From assembly GCF_016433145.1 (NCBI RefSeq), contig NC_058131.1:160041522-160105406 (forward strand): 63,885 nucleotides of DNA, in the 5' to 3' direction. A model generated the notes under the pieces. It did not search any database and had not been told where the DNA came from. It worked only from the letters and a program-made list of their open reading frames with translations. Shown here in pieces: positions 1 through 11,710 of this stretch (the stretch's first letter is position 1; each line of letters starts with the position of its first letter). Origin of the DNA: Gracilinanus agilis (taxonomy: Eukaryota). Position numbers and translations under genes: made by a program.

Positions 1-234
1 GTGGGACCTAGGGGTGTGGCACCTTCTTGGTGCTTTTCCCCAAGTCCCAGGATACCCCCTTGACGGCTGCAGTCCCGTCCCCTTTCAAAAGGAGGAGCTC
101 TTGAGTGCCTTGTGGTCCGTGGGGCTCCTCTGCGAGTCTGATGGGGATGACCTCCCCTCCCTCAACCCAGTCCTTGTTACATGAACGGGGTGGGAGGGTT
201 GGTTCTGGGCCAGGGTGCCCCCTCTTCCCCCTGA

Positions 235-3200
235 CTACGTGATGGGCTGGGGTCGCCGGGTGCGCTTGGTCCGACGGGTTGGGGCTGATCCCACAAACTC
301 AAACTGCTTCTGCCTTTCCCCGTGGTTGGGGAACTGCAGCTGGCCCTGATAGAGGCGTTTGATGAAGTGAGCCTCCCGCTGGTTCTGCCGGCTGCGGGAG
401 GCCTGCCTGGGCCGGCCCTGGCGGGTGAAAGCCATGAACCAGCCCTCATGGCGAGCGTTCTGGAAGGCTGTGTAGTTATTCTCCAGCACAATCTCGGTAA
501 ACACGCAGTCTTTGCTCTTCCCGCTGGGCTGAGGTGGGGAGGAAAAGACGGGTTCTGGGGCGGGGGTCGCAAGGAGCCCCCGGTGTCTCTATGGGGACGC
601 CATGGGGGCAGCCTTTTGGAAACAGCATTGGGCACCCTCGAGATTCTTCCCACAGCCTTTCCGGAGGGTGCTGAGGCTCAGAAATGGAAGGGAGTGGAGC
701 GGAGGGGAGCTATGGGCCACTGACCTCTAAAGGGGAGAGAGAGACTGGCTGGTGGGGGACCAGAGGATCCCTTCTGACGCTTTAAGTTCCTTCTCTACAT
801 TCTTACTACACTGGGTCAATGGCAGTTGTCCTCCTGGCCGTGGCCAGCTTTTGGACAATAGTGGCCTGGTGCCTTGGACCCCACATTGGGAAGGATGCAG
901 GGAAAGACACTTTTCAAAATATGGTTAAAAAAATGAATGTACCTATTTTCAATGCCCCCCAAAAACTGCATATAAGCTAGCCTTTACCTATTCTAAATGT
1001 ATATTACATATAGTATATATAACTATATTCTGTATAAATATCCTCTACATGTGGTCATTCTATAATTATTTTCGATAGGAAGGAACAGAAGGGACATAAT
1101 TTCCAACTCTTGCCTAGCTGATATATACAAATATTCTCTTATAACCCTTTTTTGCCCTATGTCCCCACCTCCCAGAGACTGGGGCCTTGCACAATAAACA
1201 CAATGTATTAACTTTAGGGGAGATAACCTATAAAACCATGGTTCATTTTTTTCTCTTTGCAACTATTCTTAGCTGGGTGGGTGAGAAAAAGTTTTTTATT
1301 GAGACCTGGGGAAAGGGTGGAATGGCTCCATTTAAGGGTCCAAAGGAGGAAGCAGGGGGTGGAGAAAGAGATGGGTAACAGGTGTGCCAAGATCCCTCCT
1401 TCTTACTCTTCCAGGGCCATGTCTACACCATAGTGTGCTGCTCCCCCCACCCACCCAGAGAGCAGCAGAGGGAGGAGGGATGCCCCAGAGGTCCCCCTCC
1501 CACCTTGCCCATCCCACCCCCCACATACACTCGTGTCACCAAGCTCGGGTCCCACTCCCTTTTCCCTCACCTTCCCAAAGCCTCACCTTCCCAATGAGCT
1601 TTCCCCTCTTGCTCATGCAGATGTATTTCTCACTCTCAGCCCCCTTGATGCGAACCCGGCTGCCAAATGTATCTGTCTCCACTATGAGCTTGGCTGTTGG
1701 GGAGGTTGGGTTTAGGATAGAGGTGCAGAGAAGAAGGGAGGGAGAGAGAGAGAAATCCGTCCATCGGGGCTGCCGGCCTGGGCCCTCCATCCCTCTCGGT
1801 GCAGTGGGCAGGGAAGTGGGAAGCAACTGCTTTCAGGGCAGGGATTTGGGTCTTTTGGTTTTCCATCCCTCCGATCCGTCCCTTCTCAGGGTGAGCCCTG
1901 GAGCCCTTCCTGCTCACCCTCTCCAGAGGTCATCGTTACCCAGGTGGCACTTTGGGTCTCCCTGGTCAAGATCAAGGAGGCAGGGGTAGGGCTGGGGGAA
2001 ATGGATGGGGTCTCACCAAACTTGTTGCCGTCCTCAGCGGTGGCGGAGATGCGGCGCCCAGTGACCTGAACGTGCTTGCCGCTGGTCCGGCTGTAGAGCT
2101 GGTACTCTCGGATCTGCCGCCGGCTCAGCTGGTCAGTCATGGCGCCCTGGTCCCTCACATACTGGTTAAAATTAGGAGACGGGTGATTCTCCCCCTTTGC
2201 AATTACCAAGGGAAAAATAGTGTCAATTTGCTTTGGGCAACACCACTCCCGGCCCACCCCAAGGAAGAAGGGTAAGGGGGTGAGGTTGGTCTTGGTAAAG
2301 GGGAGAGCAGGAAGTATGAGCAATAGGTAAGCATGCTCTCACAAGCCTGAGAAAGGAAGGGATAGAAGCTTCCGTGGCCCAGACGTTCAGTGGCTGAACA
2401 AGGACACCATCCCCTGGCCTGTATGCTTCTCTCTCCTCCCTCCTCCATTCCCTCTAGGACTGGAGAGGAAAAATCTAAGCCCTTCTCTTTGTTTTTTCTT
2501 AGAGGATGAGGAAACTTGGGCCTAGAGAAGCTACCGGATCTGCTTAAAGTCACACAGCTAGTTAGCATTAGAGCCGGGACTAGAGCTCAGGCCTCCCATC
2601 TCCCACTTTCCAGGCCTGGGCAACAGGTTCAAAGGGAATATCTATGGTTCCCAGGTCTGTGCTCCTGGAGAGCTCCTGGCAAGCCAGGCGGAGGGAGGGA
2701 GATGTAGAGAGGGAAAACACATGAAAGAGAGAGAGAAAATGTGTCATTCAGATATGGAAATAGAGGTAGGTTTGAGAACTTGGCTCAGAAGTCTTAGCCC
2801 TGTTTACCAGGAAGATGAAACTCCTCCTCTCCCTCCTCTCTCGCATAACATACATTAATAGAAATTAAGCCTGTTATGTGCTTTGAAATCCTTGGCAAGA
2901 GGCAGGGAAAACCCACAGAGGGATTCCTGGTGGGCTTTGTTGGGGTCTTTCAATCTCCTAACCAAGCCACTGGGATATTTTAAGTCAGAGCATCTAAACC
3001 GTGGGCTCTCAAAGGGTCTGGAAAATGAACTTGGATGGGAAAAACAATTCCATCTTGATTTTCAGACTGACTGTCCTTCGAGCATTTCCCTCAGTGATTT
3101 GAAAGTACTCTTTTGAGGAGAGCACAGCTTCAGCAGACAGCCACAGGAGTACACGTCACAAAAAAAGGTTAAGAACCTCTATTTTAAACAATCGTCAGTA

Positions 3201-6200
3201 GGAGAGGCACCTAAGCTTTCCTGCCTCCCTGCCTTTCCCCTTCACCTGCCTGCCCCCTCTTTTCTCCCTCCATCTTTCACAGCCTTTGGGCTCCAGCTGT
3301 CCAGAAGAATCAGGCAGTGAGGGAGCCTTAGAAATGGAGTCAGGAAAATTCCTTCGTGAGTTCAAATCTGGCCTCGGACACTTAGTAGCTGGGTGATCCT
3401 GGGCAAGTCGTTTAACCCTGTTTACCTCAGTTTCCTCATCTGTAAATGAGCTGGAGAAGGAAATGGCAAACTACTCCAATGTCTTTGCCAAGAAAACCCC
3501 AAACGAGTTCACAAAGTTGGACAGGACTGAACAACAAAAATAGAAGATGATGGGCTTCTAGAGGGCTAACCCAGGAATCCAGATGATCCATCTGACTTTG
3601 GCTTATTGCACTCTGGTCTCCATCCACTTTTAGACTTGGCAAAGGTCCTATCACTGCCCTAGAGTTTAGGGTCTGGATGCCCCATTGGACTGGAAGTGAG
3701 GAGCAGCAGCAGCCAAAAAGCATTGCCTGCTCTAGCTGCTGTTGCTGAGTCTTGCCTGTGCAGACACTGAGACCACAATGCTACCACTGCCAGGCCCTCC
3801 CTCACACCTGGGGGATGGCCAGCTTTTTCTGGACAGCTGGGACCCAGGGCAGGGACGTGGGGGTATGGAAAATGGAGGCACAAAAGAGGGGGCAGGCAGG
3901 CTTAGGTTCAGTTCCTATTTGGGACTTATACGATCCAAGGCAAGTACCTTCTCTACTTTGGGCCTCTATTTCCATTTTTATTTTTATTTTTAACCCCTAC
4001 TTTCTTAGTAACAATTCTAAGGCCAAAGGCAAGGGCTAGGCAAACAGGGTAAAATGACTTGCCTAGGATCACACTTCGAGGAAGTATCTAAGGCCACATT
4101 TGAACCCAGGTCCTCTTGACTTCAGGCCTAATGCTCTATCCACTGAGCTATTCAGCTGCCTCTTATCCATTTACTTATTTGGAAATGATGTTTATATATA
4201 TATGTATATATGATACTTGTCTTCTTTTCTCTTCCCTGAGGGGTTCTATAAGCCATCTTCCATTGTGTTCCTGTCTGCTGGTTCTTGTTTTAAAGGCCTG
4301 TGTGTGGATGTGTGTGGATGTTTGTACACACAAATATATATTATATAGATAAAGATATAAAAATTCCCAAGTTTCCTAAATATGTGTATATATGTGTGTG
4401 TATATGTATGCGTATGTATGTGAAGGCAAGGTCTTTTTTTCTCCTTCCCAGGGCCCACAAACACGACTGTTTCCCAAATTCCATCTGCCCTCCTCCCCCC
4501 CCCCCCCAGATTTGGATTCTGGTGAGTCTGGCTCTGCCGTGCTCCCACATTCTCTCTGCTCAGATTCCTGACACTCCCTAATAGCTAGAGGCAGTACTGT
4601 AAGGGTGGATAAAGAATTGGTCTTGGAGGTGGGTTCAAGGTCCCCCTCTAATACATGTGACTTTGTGACTCCTGGCAAGTGACCACTCCAGGCTGTTCTC
4701 TAAGTTACCCAGAAGTGCTTCCTCGTACTGGGAAAAGAGATTTCTTACCCAGAATTCCCTCTAGCAGTAAAGTCACAGGTCTGGCTCCTATGCCATCCCT
4801 TAATGTGACCCTCATCCCAGTCATCTATCGCTGCAAGACGAGGTGTCTCCTGGAAATCCCCTTTCATCTTCTGGGTGATGGAAGAGGGATTTCTATTTGG
4901 GAAGCTGTCAAGGGGAGGCTGAGGAATCCTGCCATTTCCTGAGGCTCAGGTCTCCCTTTTCTTCTCCCTCTGTTTGCTTCTGCCCTGAACTGGTCCCTAA
5001 CTCCAGTTACTTCTTAATTCCAACCTTGTCAATCCCAACTCCTCATATCCATCCGGCTCGGCCAAGTCAGCCAGGTAAATGACCAGGAGGCCAGGGCAAC
5101 AAGGGGACTCAATAGGGCTCTTCTGTGAGAACTGAGACCCTGGCTTGGGTCTGGCCCCTTCTCCCTGACCCCCTCAAGTCTCCTGGCTCAGGTTCAGGTC
5201 CCTCCGCCCTTCTTGGCAGGCAGCCTTATTCTCCCTGTCTGTTCCAGGTCAGAAGCAGAAGGAGGGGCCGCTGGCCCCCCCATCTCTCCCCTTTTCCTAT
5301 CCCCCCAGCCCTGCACAAAGGCAGCCCCACGCCCCCACGGCCCACAGCCCACAAGCCGCTCTCCCCGTGGGACCTTGCCCAGCTCTTTAATGTCCCCGCT
5401 GTGGGGGGAACCTCCCCTTCTACCCGCCTCAGACAGCTGCTTGTCAGGCAGCCCCTCAAGCATGGCTATAGTCCGGCCTGCTTACCTCCCCCCACAGGGG
5501 GAGCGGGGGCACTTCAAGGGGGAAAAGGAGGGCTTTGCCACCTTCCCTTCCAACTGAATGGGGCCTCAGGCCGGGCAATAAACGCCCAGTCCCTCCACAC
5601 CATTGTGCTAATTCCCCTTCCAGAACAGGTTGGGTCCCACCCCCAGCCCCCCCTACAGTCAGGCCGAGGCTTTCTTCTCACTCTCCTTGGATGTGTGAAG
5701 CAAAAGGCCTGGAATGGGGTTGGAGCAAAAGGGGGAAGGAAAAAAAGGGGGGGTTGTCTCTCTCTCCCACCCCCCCACTGCTTCAAAGGCAGCCCCTTTC
5801 CCTCTCCCAGAGAAAAGGCATTTACCTTCAAAAAAAGTCCCAAGTGGATGTGAAGAGAAGCCCCCAGCCTCAGCCTTGGGAACGCGAGGCAGGAGAGCTC
5901 TCCGGCACGGTTCTGGACCAGTGCATTTTAATAGTTGCACTTTTATGGAGGATCACAAAAAAAGGACCAAGCTTCCAGAAGGGGCTGAAGCTTGGGGGGG
6001 GGGGCACGCAGGAGAGGCAGGAGGAGACCTAGAGTCAGGGTAGAGGTGGTGGAGGTGGTGATGGAAGTGACAGAGGAAGGATGTGTATAAAACCAATTCC
6101 GAATGCAATCCCAAACAACTGCTCTGGGCTTGACCCCTATTGCCCTATCTGCTTGGGAGTCCCTTCAACCTGTCCTGGGCATTTCATGGGTGCCCCACTC

Positions 6201-6840
6201 CTGGATGTACAGGAAGATGTTCCAAAGGTGGTGAGAGGGTGAGAGCCCTGGGCCCGCCTTCTTCACATACATTGGGAGGGGGGCTTCCACAAAATTGGTT
6301 TCAAAATGAAATCAATCCCCTTGGATAGCTATCGGAGAGGGGGCATCTTGCCATATTCCTGTCCCCCCTCCCCACGGCTTTCGCCTTCCTGTATTGGATT
6401 CCCCTTAAGACGGTGGGGGCATCAAATAAAGAAATGAGATGAAAAGCGGACAACACCTGAGGTAGGTGGGGTCAGACACAGGTAGAAAAGACACAGAGAG
6501 GGGCTAGTGGAAACTCAAGGGGCCCGATCTTTTTTTTCAGTCTTCACCCTCCCTGTTCACTCTATCATACTGCATAATACAGTATCAAACCATACACCGT
6601 CGCCTCTTGGGTGAGAGACCATAATTCTCTACCATCTTCCCATCCCCCCAACCAGGCAGCCAAATTGGGGGCAAAGAAGAAAAAAAAAAAGATAGTAGGG
6701 AACTCCAGCCTACCTGGGTTTGGCAGCAACAGAGGATCAGGAGCTGAAAGCATCTGCATGGAGAGAGAAAACAAATCCAGGGTTTGGTTACTGGCTTACA
6801 CACATACACACAGATTACATACACACACATACGCAAAAAT

Positions 6841-6889
<49 letters not shown>

Positions 6890-7028
6890 TGCTCCCATCC
6901 AGTCAGTGGGGACAGCCTTGGAGTCCCGGCTAAGATTAAACCTCCATCAAGGCTGGAAATGGTAACAAAACTCAAGTCAGCACACAGACTTACAGAGTGA
7001 GGTTTGCCAGGAGACGGGAGGCTCCCAT
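235..7028 (-). CDS. FGF17: Fibroblast growth factor 17 (FGF8 subfamily), 217 aa. CDS exons 7028-6994, 6753-6714, 2194-2017, 1693-1587, 528-235
   Basis: Spliced translation [69 protein letters not shown].../[27 protein letters not shown].../[34 protein letters not shown]...RRPQPIT matches FGF17. All introns are GT-AG and the exon lengths 35+40+178+107+294 sum to 654 nt in frame. Confidence 0.98.
2985..3180. mobile_element. Ancient hAT-Charlie (MER5/MER20-like) MITE remnant; similar remnants at ~22760-22940 and ~30345-30545
   Basis: Ends in cacaaaaaaaggttaagaacctct, typical of this class. Heavily decayed. Confidence 0.4.
3305..3540 (+). mobile_element. MIR/MAR1-type CORE-SINE
   Basis: CORE sequence gagttcaaatctggcctc...cctcagtttcctcatctgtaaa followed by gagaaggaaatggcaaactactcc. 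Boundaries approximate. Confidence 0.8.
3975..4162 (-). mobile_element. SINE1_Mdo-like SINE
   Basis: Reverse complement of the tRNA-derived head (ggcagctg...ctcagtgg...ggttcaaat) and the A-rich tail. Confidence 0.8.
6842..6885. repeat. (CA)22 microsatellite within a longer CA-rich tract (6795-6889), FGF17 intron 1
   Basis: Read directly from the sequence. Confidence 0.95.
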
Positions 7029-7149
7029 CACTGGAGAGATTTCTTGGAGAGGAAGCCCCCTCGCCCCTAAAAACTCAGTTGTAGATGTGGACAGCCCCTG
7101 AGGTAGAATCCCAGAACAACCAAAGATCTTCGAACCACAGGTCCTCAAG

Positions 7150-7213
7150 GGGGGAGAGGAGGAGAGGGAGAAGGAGGAGGAGGAAGGGGAGGAGGAGGAG
7201 GAGAGGAGGAGGG
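7150..7213. repeat. (GGA)n-like polypurine tract upstream of the FGF17 ATG
   Basis: About 64 nt composed only of G and A. Confidence 0.9.
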
Positions 7214-8700
7214 AGCCACAGGGAGAGCAGAGGTGTGATCTGTCCACCTTCCAGTCTCAGTATGACTGCAAAACTCCAGTCTTGGGGGGGGGCGTAGGAA
7301 GAGGGAGGAGGAATTGTTGGGGGCTCCTCTCTTTCTCTCTTTCCCTTCTATCTCTCTCCTTTCTGCTGGGCTATCCAGAGGTTGGAACCAGTAGAGCTTT
7401 TCTGGTAAGCAAACTGGTCCCCTTAGTCTCCATCATTCTCGTCCCTCCCACAGACCCAGAATAGGGTCAACTCCTCCTTTGCCCTGAGTCATGTCTCAGT
7501 CTCCCTGGCTGGTAAGTTGAGGCTGAGTCAAGGATAGGACAAGCATCTTCCAACTTTTTTTTTTTCTGTGTGTGGGGAATCCTCTAAGACCTTTAAAGGA
7601 AGAGCCTTTTGGGGGGTGGGTGTGGGGGTGGTCATGGCTCTAAGCCAGTCACTTCCATGGCTTCACTTGACCCCGCCTCCCCTTCTTTCTCCCACTTCCA
7701 TTAAGGTCTGCCCACAGGGGAAGGAGGGGTTAACTCTTGCCTAAGTGCAGCAGGTGCTCCTAGTGGGGTCTGGGGGTGGGCTCCTTGATGACTTCTTGGT
7801 TTCGTGGCTGGGCCCAGTGCCACTGCCTTGGGACAAAGACTTCTCCAGGACCCCAGGCCAACTAAGAATGGAGTTTCCAAGGGAAAACTGGGTGGCAATG
7901 GAAGGGGTGGGTGGGTAGAGGGCTTTGAACCTAGCTGTGTTAAAGCTGGGGACCATCTTCTTCAATGTCCATTTGTAAAGCGACAGGATCCTATTTCACT
8001 GGGCACTTGATTTTATTCCATGTCACACTGCTTTCACGTTTTGCCCTTCTCATTTTAGGAACTCATTGAGGGCAAGAAGAGGGCTGCTTTAGCCATATAT
8101 TGTTTCCTCCTAATTTTATATTGTGCCTAGTACAGAGGGGATGCTCAGAAAACACTTGTTAAATTTTGGGTGATTCTGAGAGGTGGAGGCTAGGGAAACT
8201 TGATCATCACCTTCCTGGGGTTGAATTTGGGCATAGTGATCTCAGTGACACCCAGCTGTGTGAGTGCGTGTACGTGTGTGTAAGGAGAAGGGGTTTCTCT
8301 CTAAGTGGGGGAAGGGCCCAAGATTGGGGGAAGTTGTCTTTAGACTCGAACCCTAGGTTCGGAACGTCCTGATATTTTTGCATCCCATCTCCTGGGATTC
8401 TTCCAAATTCAGCCAGAAAGGGCAGGGAGGAGGAAATGAATTTATTTATTTATGTGAGGTTGGGAAGGAAGAAGCTTTCTTTCACCTTTGGCATTCTCTC
8501 ATCTCCTTGAACTACAGTGAATCCACAAAACTGTCAGTAACACCCCTTCCCCCATCATTACTTGTGTGACAGTCTTAATGGAGAAGGCTGCAGGGTTTAG
8601 ACTCCTTCCCTAGTCATCTGTTGTGTATGTGTGCTTGTAATGCCCAGAGAGTTTTTTAAAAAATCACAGACAAATTTTACAGCTCAAAAGGCTTTAAGAA

Positions 8701-8886
8701 GGGCTTCTAGGTGGCTCAGTGGATTTTGAGCCAGGCCTAGAGACAGGAGGTCCTGGGTTCAAATGTGGTCTCAGACACTTCCTAATGGAGTGACCCTGGG
8801 CAAGTCACTTAACCCCAATTGTCCAGCTCTTCTCCCTTGGAAGCAATACACAGTATTGGTTCTATGTCAGAAGATAAGGGTTTTAA
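8701..8886 (+). mobile_element. SINE1_Mdo-like SINE
   Basis: gggcttctaggtggctcagtgg...ggttcaaat...gaccctgggcaagtcacttaacccc...gataagggtttt. Confidence 0.85.
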
Positions 8887-11416
8887 GGATCATTTAGTCT
8901 GAATTTCTCATTTTCCATTTCAGAGAAGCAAAAGTCTCAGTTGTGACAATAGATAGTAAAACTTTGCTCTGTGTCCAGTGCTCTTTTTACCGCTCACTCC
9001 TGGCTTCCTAGAGCACTATGGGAAAACACTGGATGTAGCATCCAGGTACCATGGCCTCCTTTGTGAAGTCAACTAGGATGCTGCCGGCTGGTTTATCCTG
9101 GCCTAGAGGACTGGTAGCTCCAATTCTCCGAGTATGCAATACTATATTCCTTCTGTACATCCTCATTGCTCCCTTTCTTTTCTCTTGGTGGAGAGAAGCT
9201 ACTCTTTTCCACAGGGAACACGAATGGGTAAGAAGAGATAAGGATGGAGAAATCATACAGGATACTGAACAAGAAAACGTTGGGGTGGCAGTCTCTGCCG
9301 TCCATTTCCTGGTCCAGTTCCAGTGATTGATCAGTTAGTAGTAGGAGAGAGCCAAGGTCTTATGAGCCAGTGGACGGGGCTCCTCTCCTAGCCACCAATC
9401 AAGCCTCCACCCAGCCCTGGGTCTCCACAATCTTTTTATCTTAGCCCATTTTGAAGGGCTCTAGCACCCCCTCCCTTCCCCTTTCCCATCTCTACCTCTA
9501 GGCTTGTCCTCATCCCTCTCACACCCAAAGGTCAATAGCAGTGAAAACAGTCTGCATGGGCCAGGAAATATTGTACAGTAAAAGTTACACGAGACTGAGG
9601 ATCAAGGGAAGGGAACTCTTGTTTGTATAGCCCTTACTAGGTACTAGTCATGGTGCCAAAGACTTGAAATATTATCTCATTTAATCCTCACAACAATCTT
9701 GGGGAGTGTTATTATCCCCATTTTACCAATGAGGAAATTGAGGCCAAGTTGTTAAGGGACTTGCTCAGGGTCACAAAGTTAGTGTCTTGAAGCTGGATTA
9801 GAACTCTGATCTTCTTGATCCAAGGCCCTATGCTCTACCCACTGCTTAAGGTGCCCTGGGTTCTAGTTCTGAGATTGCCATTCACTTTGTGATCTTGGGT
9901 AAGTCACTCCTTCTCTAGGCAACATTAGATTTTGGATGATTTTGAAAGCTCCTTCTAGCTCTCTCCTTTGACTCCCTAATATTACAAAGTAGAAAGTTCT
10001 GTGCCCAATTCCAAGGATAATACCTGTTTTGTCAGTGTTGCCTTAGTTTTTCCCCATGTAGGGCTCCGTTGTTCCCCCCCCCCCAGCATGGAGTAGAAAT
10101 GGGCAGGAGGGGAAGGTTCATTTACACTTGCAGGGGGGCCAGGAGGTGATAGAAAAGTGAGAAGCAACCTTGGTATTGGTTAATCTTTATCTTTAGTGCC
10201 AGGTTCAACACCCCCCTTCCCAGCAGGAGCTGTCTCACACCCACTTCTCCCCCCAACACAGAAGCTGAGAGGCTTGCTAACAAGACGTCCATGTAACCTC
10301 CACCCCCATAGCCAAAAGCCTTCCCCCATCTCGTCCCGGTCTCTCAGGATCTGCACCTTAAGACAGGTGGGAAAAGTGAGGCCATTCTTCCATTCTTGGA
10401 CTATTCTTCTGCCCTTTTGATTCCCAGCCCTTGACTTTGCCTTCCTCTAATCCAGATTCCACCAGCCACAGAGAGATCAGCCAGAGAACCTGTAGTGGCC
10501 TTGGCTGCTAGAATGCCCGAGTTCTAGTCCCCGTCCAGCCATAGGCTTAACGTAGGATTCTTGGACGTTTTTCCTATCCTGAGCCTCCATTTTTTTTCAC
10601 CACCAAAATGTGGAGTGAGCATGCCTTTCTTACTCGCCCCACCCCCCCATGAGCAGGGGAATCAAACCAGAGAGTGCTTCAAGGGCTCTGGAGCCTTACA
10701 TTCTGGGTAATAAGGCAGTTAGCATCATCCCTCCCCACCAGCCTTCCTTGCTGGCTCCTCCCATGGAAAGGGATTGTTAGGCATGGAGGTTCCAGTCCTT
10801 CTCTGCGCACCTAAGGGCATCCCTAGAGTTTTTATTCAGTCTCTCTCTCTCCCCCCCCCCCAATCCACTCTCCACACACCTGGCCTGGTTATTGTATTCG
10901 GCTTTGCTCCCCAGCAATAGGGCCAAGCAGCAAATCCTCACTCTGGCCAGCACCAAGACCAGGTCAATGGTGCACAATGGGGCCCCCACGGCTCCCTAAT
11001 CCTCTATTGTGTCCCCCTATTCAGGACTTTTCTGGTTTGGAAATGAGGTGGAGAAGGCTGGTTTAGCTGGGGCCCAGGCCTTTAGAAGGTCTAGTTGTGT
11101 CTGCATCTGTAGGTGCAGGGGCACTGGCCGGGCATAGGTGCGTTCCTAGGATGCTTTAGTGCTCCCGTGAGGGAGGGAGGGCACCCCCTCCCTTTCCATT
11201 AGTTTCTTCCTCATCTAGACATCCAGATGGACTACAGGTATCCTGGGTGTGCAGGACAGGTGGGAAAGATACATCTAAGATTTAACCTGGCAATCAAGTC
11301 TCCTCCTGGCCTTAAAGAGGCCATAAAGGCCTCTACTTACTTTATAAAAAAGATTTTTAAAAAATCCCAAAACTGTCTTCTCTAAATGGGAACTTCCAGA
11401 AGACAGAGAGGAGAAA

Positions 11417-11710
11417 CTGGGGAAGGAGATAAGTAAGGGCTGGGTGTCTGCCTCAACCGGAGGAAAAGCGGTCCCAAGGAATGGCTCAAAATCTGGAGGA
11501 GAGCAGGGGGAAAAGGCACTTCCATGACTGACACATTCTTCTTAGGCAACGTTTATATTCTTATCTCTGTTCCTTCACCGGCAGGTATACCCTCTCGTCT
11601 CTCCAGATAACCACCTTTCTCCAACTATCTCTCCATCCCCTCCTGACCCAACTGCTTGGGACTGCGGCGGCCCTTATCTCTGCCACCCCTCTGGCTTCTC
11701 ACACCCAGCC
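11417..11710. promoter_or_regulatory. GATA motif cluster (candidate enhancer)
   Basis: WGATAR sites at 11427, 11561, 11605, 11625 and 11674; CTG-N7-AGATAA at 11417-11432; CACCC/CACACCC boxes near 11684-11706. Confidence 0.5.

Noticed and set aside
2195-2323. Intronic in-frame start extending FGF17 exon 3 (145-aa ORF)
   Set aside because: Real exons 1-2 with the signal peptide are present upstream, and the extension is ordinary intron sequence.
5125-6043. Long overlapping ORFs up to 242 aa in FGF17 intron 2 (also 1384-1989 and 177-723)
   Set aside because: GC-rich, Pro/Gly-biased, open in several frames or antisense shadows of real exons, with no recognisable domain.
8701-8790. tRNA-like A/B boxes (GGTGGCTCAGTGG...GGTTCAAAT) here and in many other places
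   Set aside because: Each continues into SINE body and tail. These are tRNA-derived SINE heads, not tRNA genes.
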